A model generated the notes under the pieces. That model was not told the DNA's origin. It was given only the letters and a program-made list of their open reading frames with translations, and did not search any database. The translations under genes were made by a program, and so were the position numbers. From contig OZ250150.1 in assembly GCA_965237675.1 (NCBI GenBank), forward strand, positions 3,136,001 to 3,200,000: a stretch of DNA of 64,000 nt, read 5' to 3'. This stretch comes from Candidatus Latescibacterota bacterium (lineage in GTDB: Bacteria > Latescibacterota > UBA2968 > GCA-2709665). Below, piece by piece: positions 50,782 through 60,738 of this stretch (position 1 is the stretch's first letter; each line of letters starts with the position of its first letter).

Positions 50782-51085
50782 ATGCCGATGCGCAGGCAAC
50801 GCAGGCAATGAACATGAATGTGCCGAGCCCCTGAGCCGCTTCCTGAGCTTGCGGTCCCTGACCGCTTGTCGAAGGGTCGGCGACGGGCGGCGGAGAGTCC
50901 AGGGCTTCGGATGGGACCATGATCCCGATTTTCCGGGCTCTCCGTACTGGCGGTGATTTCTCGATAGCCTTGTCAATATGGCGCTCTCGCAATTTATCAC
51001 GGGGAGCACTTTACAGTTTACATCATACTCCACTGTAGCAGGGGCAATAAATGTCGACTATTTACTGCTCCCGGCAATAGGAATT

Positions 51086-51835
51086 ATGCTTTTTGAGAAT
51101 AAAAAAGGGCACTACCAATTCCTTAAAGGAATTGTTCCCTATTCCTGCGGCGTAAGGGCGGTGCCCGGGTACGAGGTCGTACACGCGACGTTGAAGGACG
51201 CGCTGCCATGGCGAGCCGGGTTTGAACAAGTGGATATGCATCTGCGTGAGTCGGGTCGGGACCGGCATGCGCTTTGCGGGGTGGAACTGCGCTGCCCGAC
51301 GCCGCATCCGATGGATGGGTTCATCAGGTTCAACGAAGCGTATTGTGACCTTTTGAGATCCTGGGATTTGCATGTAGAGGGGATAAATCCGGTGGCGCGG
51401 ACGAATGTCGCGCCGTTGCACAATCCACCGGGTGAGACCGTGATGCACGGGTTTTCGTACACGATGCCCTGCCGCGAAGATAATGGATGTACGTTCATTG
51501 TATCGGGCGCGGGTGAATTGCTCGGAGGCGAGTTGGCGAACGACGGGATCGTGCGGCGGGGCGAGACAAGCCCGGGTGCGATGCGCGAAAAAGCGGCGTA
51601 TGTGGTGCGGGTGATGGCGGACCGGCTGGCGGGCCTGGGCGCGAATTGGGACCAGGTGACGATGGTGGATGTTTACACGGTACACCCGTTGGAGGGAGTT
51701 CTGGATCAGGTCGTGCTGCCCGGGATCGGAACCGCGCAGCGGTACGGCGTCAGGTTGTACCGGGCGCGGCCGCCGGTGCGGGAGATTGAATTCGAGATGG
51801 ATATGAGGGGAATCAGGCGGGAACACTGTGTCTGA
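51086..51835 (+). CDS. CnbZ-like (2-amino-5-chloromuconate deaminase / RidA-related) protein
   Basis: YSCGV.A.PG.E, LCGVELRCP.P..GF..FN..Y, NPVARTNVAP, RPPV..IEFEMD. Confidence 0.7.
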   Translation: MLFENKKGHYQFLKGIVPYSCGVRAVPGYEVVHATLKDALPWRAGFEQVDMHLRESGRDRHALCGVELRCPTPHPMDGFIRFNEAYCDLLRSWDLHVEGINPVARTNVAPLHNPPGETVMHGFSYTMPCREDNGCTFIVSGAGELLGGELANDGIVRRGETSPGAMREKAAYVVRVMADRLAGLGANWDQVTMVDVYTVHPLEGVLDQVVLPGIGTAQRYGVRLYRARPPVREIEFEMDMRGIRREHCV

Positions 51836-52141
51836 CGTCGCAAGTGAGACGCAAAGGCGCCGGGCCCCGTCGAAGACGCGTTAAGGCGACGTTCGGAACC
51901 TGGTGCGGAGTTTGTCGAATCACGGGTAAAAACGGCAATACCGGTCGACGGATCCCGTGTGGCTGGGAAGCATGACTCCCCCGCAGGAAAGCGTCCGAAG
52001 CCATGCGGGAGGCGAGTAGAATGCGCACCGTTCGACAACGATTTTTTCGCGGTGCCTCCGGCCGTCAGGAAATGGATTCCGGCAGAACTCGGTTCGAACG
52101 TTTCGTTCGCCCTTTTTTTGTATTCCCGTATTTCAGACATT

Positions 52142-53110
52142 TCAAGGGGTCAAGAGTACTTTGCCCTTGGTCTGCCTGCCTTCCAGAAGCCGGTGGGCCT
52201 CCGGGGCATCCGAAAGAGGAAGGGTACGGTCAATGCGCAGTCTGAGCGTGTCGGACTGCAACCAACCAAGCACCTCCCCGGCGCGAAGATGCAGTTCCTC
52301 CCGGGTCGCGGTGTAGTCTACAAGGGTGGGGCGCGTCATGAATATTGAGCCGTGACGGGTGAGCAGCAGTGGATCCACGGGCGGCACGGGGCCGCTGGCA
52401 TTGCCGAAGAGCACGAGGAAGCCCCGCGGCCGAAGGCATTTCAGGCTTTTTTCCCAGGTCGCTTTCCCCACTGAGTCGTAAGCGACGTTAACGCCCTGGC
52501 CGTCCGTGAGACGCTTGACCTCGGCTTCAAAATCCTGTTCGGTATATCGGATGGTTTCGTCCGCTCCCGCGTCTCGTGCAAGTTGAGCTTTTTCTTCAGT
52601 TGAGACGGTGCCGATGACCTGCGCCCCCCGCAATTTCGCCATCTGGACAAGGATGAGTCCTACGCCGCCCGCGGCGGCGTGGATGAGAACGGTGTCGCCT
52701 TCCGCAATCTCGTACGTGCTGTGCACCAGGTAGTGGGATGTCATTCCCTGAAGCATGGCGGCCGCGCCCGCGGCGGGGTCCACGCCGTCGGGAAGTTTGA
52801 CGAGTCTTTCCTGTGGCGCCGCCACGAATTCGGCATAGGAACCGGGCACACCGGCGTAGGCCACGCGATCGCCCAACTGGAAATCGGTGGCTTCAGAACC
52901 CAGGGACACGACCGTACCGGCGGCCTCGAGACCGGGTATGAAGGGCAGGTCGAGCGGATAGAGGCCAGTGCGGTGGTACGTGTCTATATAGTTCAGACCG
53001 ATGGCTTCTGTTTCGACCAGAACCTCACCCGGGCCGGGCTCCGGATTCGGGACATCCTTAAAGCAAAGGACTTCAGGACCGCCGGTCCGGGAAACGTGAA
53101 TCGCTTTCAT
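52142..53110 (-). CDS. qor: NADPH:quinone oxidoreductase (zeta-crystallin family)
   Basis: GLNYIDTYHRTGLY, LQGMT, HAAAGGVG, YDSVGK, FGNASG. Confidence 0.92.
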   Translation of the reverse strand: MKAIHVSRTGGPEVLCFKDVPNPEPGPGEVLVETEAIGLNYIDTYHRTGLYPLDLPFIPGLEAAGTVVSLGSEATDFQLGDRVAYAGVPGSYAEFVAAPQERLVKLPDGVDPAAGAAAMLQGMTSHYLVHSTYEIAEGDTVLIHAAAGGVGLILVQMAKLRGAQVIGTVSTEEKAQLARDAGADETIRYTEQDFEAEVKRLTDGQGVNVAYDSVGKATWEKSLKCLRPRGFLVLFGNASGPVPPVDPLLLTRHGSIFMTRPTLVDYTATREELHLRAGEVLGWLQSDTLRLRIDRTLPLSDAPEAHRLLEGRQTKGKVLLTP

Positions 53111-53129
53111 GGTAATCTCCTTGTCGGGT

Positions 53130-55343
53130 TCAGTGCCGGGCTGAAATGCCCAGAGAGATGCGCCTGGGTGACCCCAGATTGCGTTCAACAATGGCATAGT
53201 TGTACGCGAGGGCGTTATGGGCCTTTAAGACGACCTGGATCTGTCCGAAAGCGTACGCGGCAGAGAGGTCGAACAGGTAAACCGGTATGAGATCGCGGTT
53301 CCCTTCCGGCAAGAGTCCGGATGCGCGCAGGATTCGGCTTCTGAACGTGAATCGACCTTCCAATGTGAGACGGCGGAACGTGGTCTGCAATCCGGCGGTG
53401 GCAATGTGTCGGGGGCGATAGGGCAGCGGCTGATCGCCCTCAGGCAGATTTTCGATCGCGCTGATGAAGGTATAGTTCCCTTCGAGGCGCAACGGATCCA
53501 ACGCGGCTGCAAGGCCCGCTTCGACGCCGGCGGTTCGGCCCCTGGCGACGTTCCGGAAACTGACGACGCCGGCGAAGTCCGGCCGGGCCTCGACGAGGTC
53601 CTGATAGCGGCTCCAGAATGCCGCGGCGTTGAGGTGAGACCAGGGAGTTGGACGGTGATCCAGGGCGACTTCGGTGGAGATGCTTTTTTCGGCCGCCAGG
53701 CCGGTATTGGGAACGATGGGAATGGCGGAGAAGGTGGCGTCTGTGTAGATTTCCGCGATTGAGGGTCCTCTGAAGCCCCATCCCAGGGTTGCGCGCAACG
53801 TGGAGCGCCTGGATGGGCGATAAGAGAAACCCAGCTTGGGACTGAAACGATTTTCCGCCTCGCGGTCGTCGGTGCGGTAACGGTCGAAGCGGCTGCCCCC
53901 GGAGAGCGTAAGCCGATCCGTGGCTTCGATTTCGGCCTGCGCGTACGCGGCCAGATTGAGCCCGGTGTGATTGCCGAAGAGGTGGTCCGAAGAATGCACG
54001 GTGTCATGGATCCATTGCGCTCCGACGGTAAGCGCCACCATTCTGGCGGGCTGGAGATCCAACTGGAGTTCCTGGCCGAATTTGTAGGCTTCCGACCGGG
54101 TTCGCCCGCTAATTTCGTTGTCAAATTCCGTGCGATACACAAAGGATTTGAGTCGATAGCCCGTTTGCGGGTCGAGCAGGTGGTAGAAGTCGACGTTCAG
54201 ATTCAGCTTCTGGGATACGGTTTTGTCGTTTTTGGCGCTCTCAGGCACTACCAGGGGCTCGTTTCTGTCTTTCCAGAGGACGAAGGTGCCGTGATCGTCC
54301 AGGGCCCAGTTGCAGGTTGCGGTGAACGTCGCCGCAGCCTTGAAGCGATGCCTGAGTTTGCCGAAAAGTTTGTATCTCCTGTGCCATGCGTTTTCTCTGA
54401 ATCCGTTGGTCCATTTTTGTCCGGCCCCCAGAATGAAACCGGTGTTGCCGGACTGTCGGGAGTGGCTGACGTCTATACCCTCGAAGTACCTCCCGCTCGA
54501 TGACCAGCGCCACTCCTGATGGCTGGGTTCGCTGTATCGTCCGCCCAGAAACCGGAAGTGTGTCTCCGGTTTGGGCGCCGGATTCCGGGTGATGACGTTG
54601 ATGATGCCGCCGAGTGCGCCGGTGCCGTAAAGCGCGGACCCGGCGCCTTTAATGATTTCCACGCGCGCGATCTGGTCGATAGGAATGGCGTCCCACTTGA
54701 CGTCGGCGTTGTCGGCGGATAGTGCCGGAAATCCGTCGATCAGCATAAGCACGCGGCTTCCCGTTCCCCTGGAATAACCGCTGGACCCCCGTATGTTGAC
54801 CTGGCCTCCCACCATATTGACGCCGGGCACGTATTCCAGGGATTCGTTCAGGGAGACGGAATTGTCGGACTGGAGTTGCTCCGAGCCGATGATCGAGACG
54901 CTTGTTGGCGCGTCGACGACGTTTCGGGCGCGTTTGCTCGCGGAGACCACGATGGCGGGCATTTTAATGGGCGTGGACGAGAGTTGGACCCACAGCCGGA
55001 GGGTATCGTTCGCGGCAACCCGAACGTCTTTCGCTACATGCGGTGCGAAACCCAGCATGGAGACGGAGACGGTGTAGACGCCCGGCGGTAAACCGGTCAA
55101 GCTGAATTTACCGTCCACGTCGGTTTCCGTTCCGATGCCGGTGCCAAGCAATACGATGTTGGCGCCCGGCAACGGTTCACCGGTCTTGTCGTCGGTTGTT
55201 CGTCCTACCATCGCGCCCGAGGTTTCCGCCTGCAGGGATGAGCCCAGACAAAGAAGGCAGAGGAGGCAGAAAGCCGGTGCAAATGCGGCGATCCGGCCGA
55301 TCGGCGCCCTGCACGAGGTCGAAATAGGTCTGGATATCGACAT
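53130..55343 (-). CDS. TonB-dependent outer-membrane receptor with carboxypeptidase-regulatory-like N-domain
   Basis: Signal peptide, TGEPLPGANI..DGKF..GVY, IVVSASK, IRG..VLMLIDG, RVEIIKGAGSALYG..GGIINVIT, beta-barrel C-terminus. Confidence 0.92.
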   Translation of the reverse strand: MSISRPISTSCRAPIGRIAAFAPAFCLLCLLCLGSSLQAETSGAMVGRTTDDKTGEPLPGANIVLLGTGIGTETDVDGKFSLTGLPPGVYTVSVSMLGFAPHVAKDVRVAANDTLRLWVQLSSTPIKMPAIVVSASKRARNVVDAPTSVSIIGSEQLQSDNSVSLNESLEYVPGVNMVGGQVNIRGSSGYSRGTGSRVLMLIDGFPALSADNADVKWDAIPIDQIARVEIIKGAGSALYGTGALGGIINVITRNPAPKPETHFRFLGGRYSEPSHQEWRWSSSGRYFEGIDVSHSRQSGNTGFILGAGQKWTNGFRENAWHRRYKLFGKLRHRFKAAATFTATCNWALDDHGTFVLWKDRNEPLVVPESAKNDKTVSQKLNLNVDFYHLLDPQTGYRLKSFVYRTEFDNEISGRTRSEAYKFGQELQLDLQPARMVALTVGAQWIHDTVHSSDHLFGNHTGLNLAAYAQAEIEATDRLTLSGGSRFDRYRTDDREAENRFSPKLGFSYRPSRRSTLRATLGWGFRGPSIAEIYTDATFSAIPIVPNTGLAAEKSISTEVALDHRPTPWSHLNAAAFWSRYQDLVEARPDFAGVVSFRNVARGRTAGVEAGLAAALDPLRLEGNYTFISAIENLPEGDQPLPYRPRHIATAGLQTTFRRLTLEGRFTFRSRILRASGLLPEGNRDLIPVYLFDLSAAYAFGQIQVVLKAHNALAYNYAIVERNLGSPRRISLGISARH

Positions 55344-55743
55344 TTTTTGTGGTTTCACCCAGATGAACCTGCACCGGTGTGGGCAGGGTGTCGTTGCCAA
55401 CGTGGTAACAGCCGATCAAGGAGTCGAAGTTCCAGAAGCCGCCCTCTGGCCGCCAGGCCACCACAATCCATTCATAGGTGCCCGGCTCTTCCAGAGGGAC
55501 GGAATATTCGTACCGGACCGCACCGATGGTCACGGATGTATCCCAGCCTGCGATGTTGAAAAAATCGGCCAGCGTCTGCGGGCGACGCCTGTAGACCGCC
55601 ACGGCGACGTCGTTGGTTTCCGGCGGCCACTCGCCGTTGAATATCAGGGTTCCCTTGATGCCCGTACCGTCTGGTGGCCCGGGACCCAGGCCGCGGCCAC
55701 AGGCGATAAGCAGGAGAAAGGCCGTTGGAATGAAACGTTTCAT
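55177..55743 (-). CDS. Hypothetical lipoprotein upstream of the TonB receptor
   Basis: MKRFIPTAFLLLIAC lipobox; beta-rich body. Confidence 0.7.
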   Translation of the reverse strand: MKRFIPTAFLLLIACGRGLGPGPPDGTGIKGTLIFNGEWPPETNDVAVAVYRRRPQTLADFFNIAGWDTSVTIGAVRYEYSVPLEEPGTYEWIVVAWRPEGGFWNFDSLIGCYHVGNDTLPTPVQVHLGETTKNVDIQTYFDLVQGADRPDRRICTGFLPPLPSLSGLIPAGGNLGRDGRTNNRRQDR

Positions 55744-55889
55744 GTCGGATACGCGGCGGGTAAGCAGCGTTCGGGGTTTGCGCGTGATCGGTGTCGCCAC
55801 GCTGGTTTTGCTTGACATGGCCGGGGGATCAAAATAAGTTTCATCAGGACGTAAACGTATTTTCTCGGGGTTCAATCGGGAGGTCCCCA

Positions 55890-56984
55890 ATGACCATTTC
55901 AGCGCTACGGGCAGCCAAACTGGCGGCGGGCGCGGTATTCGAACGGATTGACGGCAGGGAGGCGGCGGCCCACTACGGTGATGTTGCATCCGAGTATGTT
56001 TCAGTTCGAGAGGCCGTGGGTCTGATCGATCGGGGCGACAGGGGCCACCTGCTCGTTACCGGCTCGGATCGTGCACGTTTCTTGCACGGGATGTTGAGCA
56101 ATACGGTCGAAGGGCTGGAAAACGGGTCGGGCAACTATGCGACAATGACCACGCCTAAGGGCCAGACGTTGACCGATGTATGGGTGTATCGCCGAGCGGA
56201 AGGGTTCTTGCTGGAGACGGAGCCCGGATTTCAGGGGAAATTGATGGCGGCCCTGGATAAGTACCTGGTCGCGGACGACGTAAATATCAGAGACATCACC
56301 GGGGAACAGGCGATATTGGGCGTGCACGGATCCGGCTCCCGCGCTGTGATCGCGCGTACGTTGGGCGAGGTACCCGCCGATCTTGCGGATTGCCATACCG
56401 TAGATCGTGCGATGGATGGCGCGGTTGTGTCTGTGACCGCGCGATATTATACGGGAGAGCCCGGCTACGATCTTCGGATAGCGGCGGACAAAGTCCCTCT
56501 CCTGTGGAATGCGCTGATTGCTGCGGGCGCGCGCCCCGTGGGTGTTCGCGCATTGGAGGCATTGCGAATAGAGTCCGGAATTCCACGTTACGGAGTGGAC
56601 ATGGACGAGCGGGTTGTACCGCTGGAAGCGGGCCTTTATCACGCGGTCGATTTCGCAAAAGGATGTTTTATTGGCCAGGAAACGATCGCCAAGATGCACA
56701 ACCTGGGCAAGCCCAGACGGTATCTGGTTGGTCTCCGCCATGAGACGGAAAGAATCCCGCCCTCTGAGACGCCCCTTCGCGACGGCGAAAAACAGATCGG
56801 ATGGACAACGAGCAGCCTGCTTTCACCTGCCCTGGGAAGGGTGGTATCGCTGGCGTCGGTTCGAAGGGGCTATGAACAGCCGGGCCGGTTCCTGTCTATC
56901 GATGGAGGAGGCCGGGCCGAGGTCGTTGAACTGCCGTTTTATCGACGACAGGCAGCCCGGCGCGGAGCCGATCCATCATTTTAG
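55890..56984 (+). CDS. Folate-binding YgfZ/GcvT-family protein
   Basis: G.DRARFLHG, LRIESG.P, KGCFIGQE motif. Confidence 0.9.
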   Translation: MTISALRAAKLAAGAVFERIDGREAAAHYGDVASEYVSVREAVGLIDRGDRGHLLVTGSDRARFLHGMLSNTVEGLENGSGNYATMTTPKGQTLTDVWVYRRAEGFLLETEPGFQGKLMAALDKYLVADDVNIRDITGEQAILGVHGSGSRAVIARTLGEVPADLADCHTVDRAMDGAVVSVTARYYTGEPGYDLRIAADKVPLLWNALIAAGARPVGVRALEALRIESGIPRYGVDMDERVVPLEAGLYHAVDFAKGCFIGQETIAKMHNLGKPRRYLVGLRHETERIPPSETPLRDGEKQIGWTTSSLLSPALGRVVSLASVRRGYEQPGRFLSIDGGGRAEVVELPFYRRQAARRGADPSF

Positions 56985-57078
56985 GATAAAGGCAAAAATC
57001 GGCGATGTCAAGGGCTTTTTGTCATAAAACAGCGCAACGGCGCGCGGTGGTCTTCTTTGGCCGGAATCCACAGGGTTG

Positions 57079-57107
57079 TTGACTCTGCACATTTGTTCAT
57101 TTATATT
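57079..57107 (+). promoter_or_regulatory. Sigma70 promoter of the folB-panC operon
   Basis: TTGACT-17 nt-TATATT. Confidence 0.6.
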
Positions 57108-57221
57108 CAGATGGATAGCGGGTCGGAAGTGGAGCGATCTCCACATTGGCGGCGCCTTTGTGTGAGGCAATTTGAGACGGGAAACGTGGCACACACCCGG
57201 TGGGCGTTGCAGAGACAGGCA

Positions 57222-57578
57222 ATGGGAAACGACGTGTTGCGTCTGAGAAATATGAGGTTTTTTGCCTATCATGGGCTGCTCCCCGAAGAGGCGAAATTGG
57301 GCCAGTGGTTTGAGGTGGACGTCGAGATCTTCGCAGACTTTCGGGGCTATGCCTGCGAAGGCGCGACCCACGCTGTCGACTATACGCGGGTTTATGAAAT
57401 GACGCAGTCGGTTGTAACGGGTGAGCGTTTCGGCATGGTGGAGGCCCTGGCCGACCGGATCGCTGAGGCGCTGCAGTCGAGCTTCCATCTGGAGCGCCTG
57501 CGTGTCAGGGTGCGCAAACCCAATCCGCCCATTCAGGCTATATTCGACGGTATTGAGGTTGAAGTGCAGCGGGGATGA
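57222..57578 (+). CDS. folB: Dihydroneopterin aldolase
   Basis: FFAYHG..PEE..LGQ.F.VD, VDY, VRKP.PPI. Confidence 0.93.
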   Translation: MGNDVLRLRNMRFFAYHGLLPEEAKLGQWFEVDVEIFADFRGYACEGATHAVDYTRVYEMTQSVVTGERFGMVEALADRIAEALQSSFHLERLRVRVRKPNPPIQAIFDGIEVEVQRG

Positions 57579-57581
57579 CGA

Positions 57582-58094
57582 ATGACGCTCTCCTACATCG
57601 GTATGGGGGCGAACCTGAGCGACCGTGCGGCTGCACTGTGCCGCGCCACGGCCACACTGGAGGCTCACGAGAGACTTGAGGTAAAAGCAGCCTCTCCAGT
57701 CTATGAGACTGCGCCGATCGGATTGACCGACCAGCCGATGTTCCTGAATGCGGTGCTGGCCCTGGAAACAGACCTCGACGCGCGGGCACTGCTGGCATGT
57801 GTGTTGGCAGTGGAGAGCCGTTTCGGAAGAGTTCGTAAACAGCGGTGGGGTCCCCGAGTCCTGGATCTGGATATCCTGCTCTACGGCAACGAGATTATTC
57901 GGGGTCGAGGATTGCAGATACCCCATCCGAGGTTACACGAGCGGGCTTTTGTCCTGGTACCGCTGTCCGAGTTGGCGCCTCGAGGCCGCCATCCTGTGTT
58001 TAAAAAAACCTTCTCGGAATTGGCTGAAACGGTCGTTTCAAGGCAGGATGTCCGAAGGCTGAAAGGGGTTTCACTCATGTCGTTGCGTACATAA
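57582..58094 (+). CDS. folK: 2-amino-4-hydroxy-6-hydroxymethyldihydropteridine diphosphokinase
   Basis: YIGMGANL, FLNAV, RWGPRVLDLDIL, PHPRLHERAFVL. Confidence 0.95.
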   Translation: MTLSYIGMGANLSDRAAALCRATATLEAHERLEVKAASPVYETAPIGLTDQPMFLNAVLALETDLDARALLACVLAVESRFGRVRKQRWGPRVLDLDILLYGNEIIRGRGLQIPHPRLHERAFVLVPLSELAPRGRHPVFKKTFSELAETVVSRQDVRRLKGVSLMSLRT

Positions 58095-58105
58095 GGACGC
58101 AAGCT

Positions 58106-58747
58106 GTGAGCGTACGTTATATCGCAATCGAAGGTCCACCGTGTGCGGGGAAGACCGATCTTGCACGCCTGCTGGGCAGGTCTCTGCAGGCGCGCCTGGT
58201 TCTCGAAGAGGCGGGAGAGAATCCGTTTCTGCCCCTATTTTACGAGAACCCCGAGCACTACGGGTTTCAGACGCAGGTCTTCTTCATGCTGCACCGTTAC
58301 CGGCAACAACAGGATTTGCATCAGATGGACCTGTTCGAGTCCACGGTGGTCAGCAATTATCATTTCGCCCGGAGCGGTATATACGCCCATGTCTCCCTGA
58401 ACGACGCCGAACTGTCACTTTACGAGCGTATGGCCGAGACGCTTTACGAGAAGGTGCCGGTTCCCGATCTCGTCATTTACCTGCATAATTCGACGGAAAG
58501 TCTCCTTCGGCGGGTTCGAAAGCAGACGCCGACGTACGAACGCCTGATGACCGAATCGTATCTGTCACGTCTTGTTGAGGCATACACCCATTTCTTCTTT
58601 CACTATACGGAGTCGCCTTTGCTCATCATCAATGCGTCACAGGTCGACTTCGTGCGGAATCCCCGGGGTCTGGAGGAACTGCTGCATCAGGTGAAGGAGC
58701 CGCCGGCTGGCACCCGCTACTACCGCTCGTTCCAGATAGAGGCTTGA
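58106..58747 (+). CDS. Deoxynucleoside kinase family protein
   Basis: IAIEGPPCAGKT, NPFL..FY, RYRQQ, PDLVIYL. Confidence 0.88.
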   Translation: MSVRYIAIEGPPCAGKTDLARLLGRSLQARLVLEEAGENPFLPLFYENPEHYGFQTQVFFMLHRYRQQQDLHQMDLFESTVVSNYHFARSGIYAHVSLNDAELSLYERMAETLYEKVPVPDLVIYLHNSTESLLRRVRKQTPTYERLMTESYLSRLVEAYTHFFFHYTESPLLIINASQVDFVRNPRGLEELLHQVKEPPAGTRYYRSFQIEA

Positions 58748-59628
58748 TGGCGGCACACGAACATATGCATGGGGGAGCTCAAGGAGTGTCCGACGAGGAA
58801 TTACGTGCCACACCGTGTGTATTGATGGGGATGAAGAGGCGAGGCGAGCCAATTGCCATGCTGACGTGTTATGATTTTCCGACCGCCATTTTGCAGGATG
58901 CCTCGAACGTGGATGTCATCCTGGTCGGCGATTCGGTAGGGATCAATATACTCGGATACGAAAGTCCTCAACAGGTTACCATGGCGGATATGCTTCACCA
59001 TACTTGTGCGGTCAGGCGGGGTGTCCAAAGGGCAATCCTGTTGGCGGATCTACCTTACCGGTCCTACGAGACAGCTTCTCAGGCGGTCAACAACGCCCGG
59101 TTACTGGCAGACTCAGGGGCCGATATGGTAAAACTGGAAGGCGCCGAGGATGTGGCCGAAATGATCGCGGCGATTACATCCGAGGGCATTCCGGTGGTGG
59201 GCCACGTCGGACATTTGCCGCAGACCTGGAAGGGAAACCGTCATGTCTATGGAGACCGGGCCGACGAGGCTGCGCTTGTGCTGGCAGGCGCGCTGGCGCT
59301 TGAGGCGGCCGGGGCGGTCGCCGTGGTGTTGGAATGTGTTCCCGAACAGGTGGCCGGCGTGGTTACGCGCGCATTGAGCATTCCCACGATCGGTATCGGG
59401 TCGGGTCGCCGCTGCGATGGACAGGTGCTCGTGGCGCCTGATCTGTTGGGCCTCAACGACTATTCATTTCGGTATTCCAAACGGTACGCCGAGTTGGGCA
59501 GGACCATGTGCAAGGCTTTTTCGGCCTACGTTGAAGACGTGAAGGGCAAGCGGTATCCTGCCGGGGAGCATCGGTATCGAATCAGGAATGAGGAGTTACG
59601 GAAGTTCAAGGCCCTGGCGGAGGATTAG
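58747..59628 (+). CDS. panB: 3-methyl-2-oxobutanoate hydroxymethyltransferase
   Basis: MLTCYD, ILVGDS, VKLEG, IPTIGIGSG..CDGQVLV..D. Confidence 0.95.
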   Translation: MAAHEHMHGGAQGVSDEELRATPCVLMGMKRRGEPIAMLTCYDFPTAILQDASNVDVILVGDSVGINILGYESPQQVTMADMLHHTCAVRRGVQRAILLADLPYRSYETASQAVNNARLLADSGADMVKLEGAEDVAEMIAAITSEGIPVVGHVGHLPQTWKGNRHVYGDRADEAALVLAGALALEAAGAVAVVLECVPEQVAGVVTRALSIPTIGIGSGRRCDGQVLVAPDLLGLNDYSFRYSKRYAELGRTMCKAFSAYVEDVKGKRYPAGEHRYRIRNEELRKFKALAED

Positions 59629-59710
59629 GAACAACCTCCATTCGTAGACCGAAGACACCGTGGGGCGGGGATCTCTCGCCCTGCGTTTTTGTGTGGCGAA
59701 AGACAGCCGG

Positions 59711-60598
59711 ATGACGATGGGAACGGTCAGGGTCATACGGACGGTGAATGAAATGCACCGTATTGCAGACGGAATGCGCAGGGATCGAATCCGGATCGGG
59801 CTGGTTCCTACCATGGGTTGTCTTCACGCTGGCCATTCAAGTCTGATACGTCAGGCGGGGCGGGCGTCGGAACGGACGGTCGTGAGTATCTTCGTCAATC
59901 CCGCGCAGTTCGGGCCTGATGAGGATTTCACGACGTATCCGCGCGATTTCGAACGGGACCGGGAGATCGTCCGGGAGGCCGGGGGCGACTTGATCTACGC
60001 ACCGCTGCCGGAGGAGATGTACCCCGACGGTTATGCGTCGTACGTCGAAACGGAACGGCTGACGGGCCACCTGTGCGGGGCATCCCGCCCCGGTCATTTC
60101 AGGGGCGTGGCCACGGTGGTGACGAAGCTCTTCGCAGCCGTCAAACCGCACCTGGCCATATTCGGACAGAAAGACGCCCAGCAAGCCGGTGTTGTCCGCC
60201 GGCTGGTGAGAGATCTGAATCTTGACGTAGACGTCTTGATCGCGCCGACGGTGAGAGAGGCGGACGGTTTGGCCAAGAGCTCCCGCAACGTTTACCTTAC
60301 ACCCTACCTTCGCCGGTGCGCCACAGTGCTTTACGGGGCTCTGCAGGAAGGAAGAGATCTGGTGCTGGCGGGCGAAAAGCGCGCAGCCGTGGTGCTTGAC
60401 GCCATGAACCGCCGGGTGCGCCAGAGATCGGGCGCCGAGGTCGATTACATCGCGGCGGTCGATGCCGAGGATTTTCAGCCCGTTGACACGCTTGCAGGCC
60501 GGGTTCTTCTGGCGGTGGCCGTGCAGTTTGGTCAATCCCGCCTTATCGACAATATCGTCGTGGAAACCGAAGGACCGGCGGTACGGGAAATACCATAA
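59711..60598 (+). CDS. panC: Pantoate--beta-alanine ligase
   Basis: VPTMG.LHAGH, SIFVNP.QF, RPGHFRGV, FGQKD, DGLA.SSRN, RLIDN. Confidence 0.95.
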   Translation: MTMGTVRVIRTVNEMHRIADGMRRDRIRIGLVPTMGCLHAGHSSLIRQAGRASERTVVSIFVNPAQFGPDEDFTTYPRDFERDREIVREAGGDLIYAPLPEEMYPDGYASYVETERLTGHLCGASRPGHFRGVATVVTKLFAAVKPHLAIFGQKDAQQAGVVRRLVRDLNLDVDVLIAPTVREADGLAKSSRNVYLTPYLRRCATVLYGALQEGRDLVLAGEKRAAVVLDAMNRRVRQRSGAEVDYIAAVDAEDFQPVDTLAGRVLLAVAVQFGQSRLIDNIVVETEGPAVREIP

Positions 60599-60639
60599 GT
60601 ATAAGTTTTTGTTATAAGTAAGGGGGGGGTGGAAATCAC

Positions 60640-60668
60640 TTGACGTTGAGTCTGGACTTCGTTATATT
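60640..60668 (+). promoter_or_regulatory. Sigma70 promoter of sodA
   Basis: TTGACG-17 nt-TATATT in an AT-rich intergenic region. Confidence 0.55.
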
Positions 60669-60738
60669 TTGTGTCCTTCATATTCGATTGTATTATCTGG
60701 ATCTGTCGCCCATCCTCATTCAACAAGGAGTGTACTCA

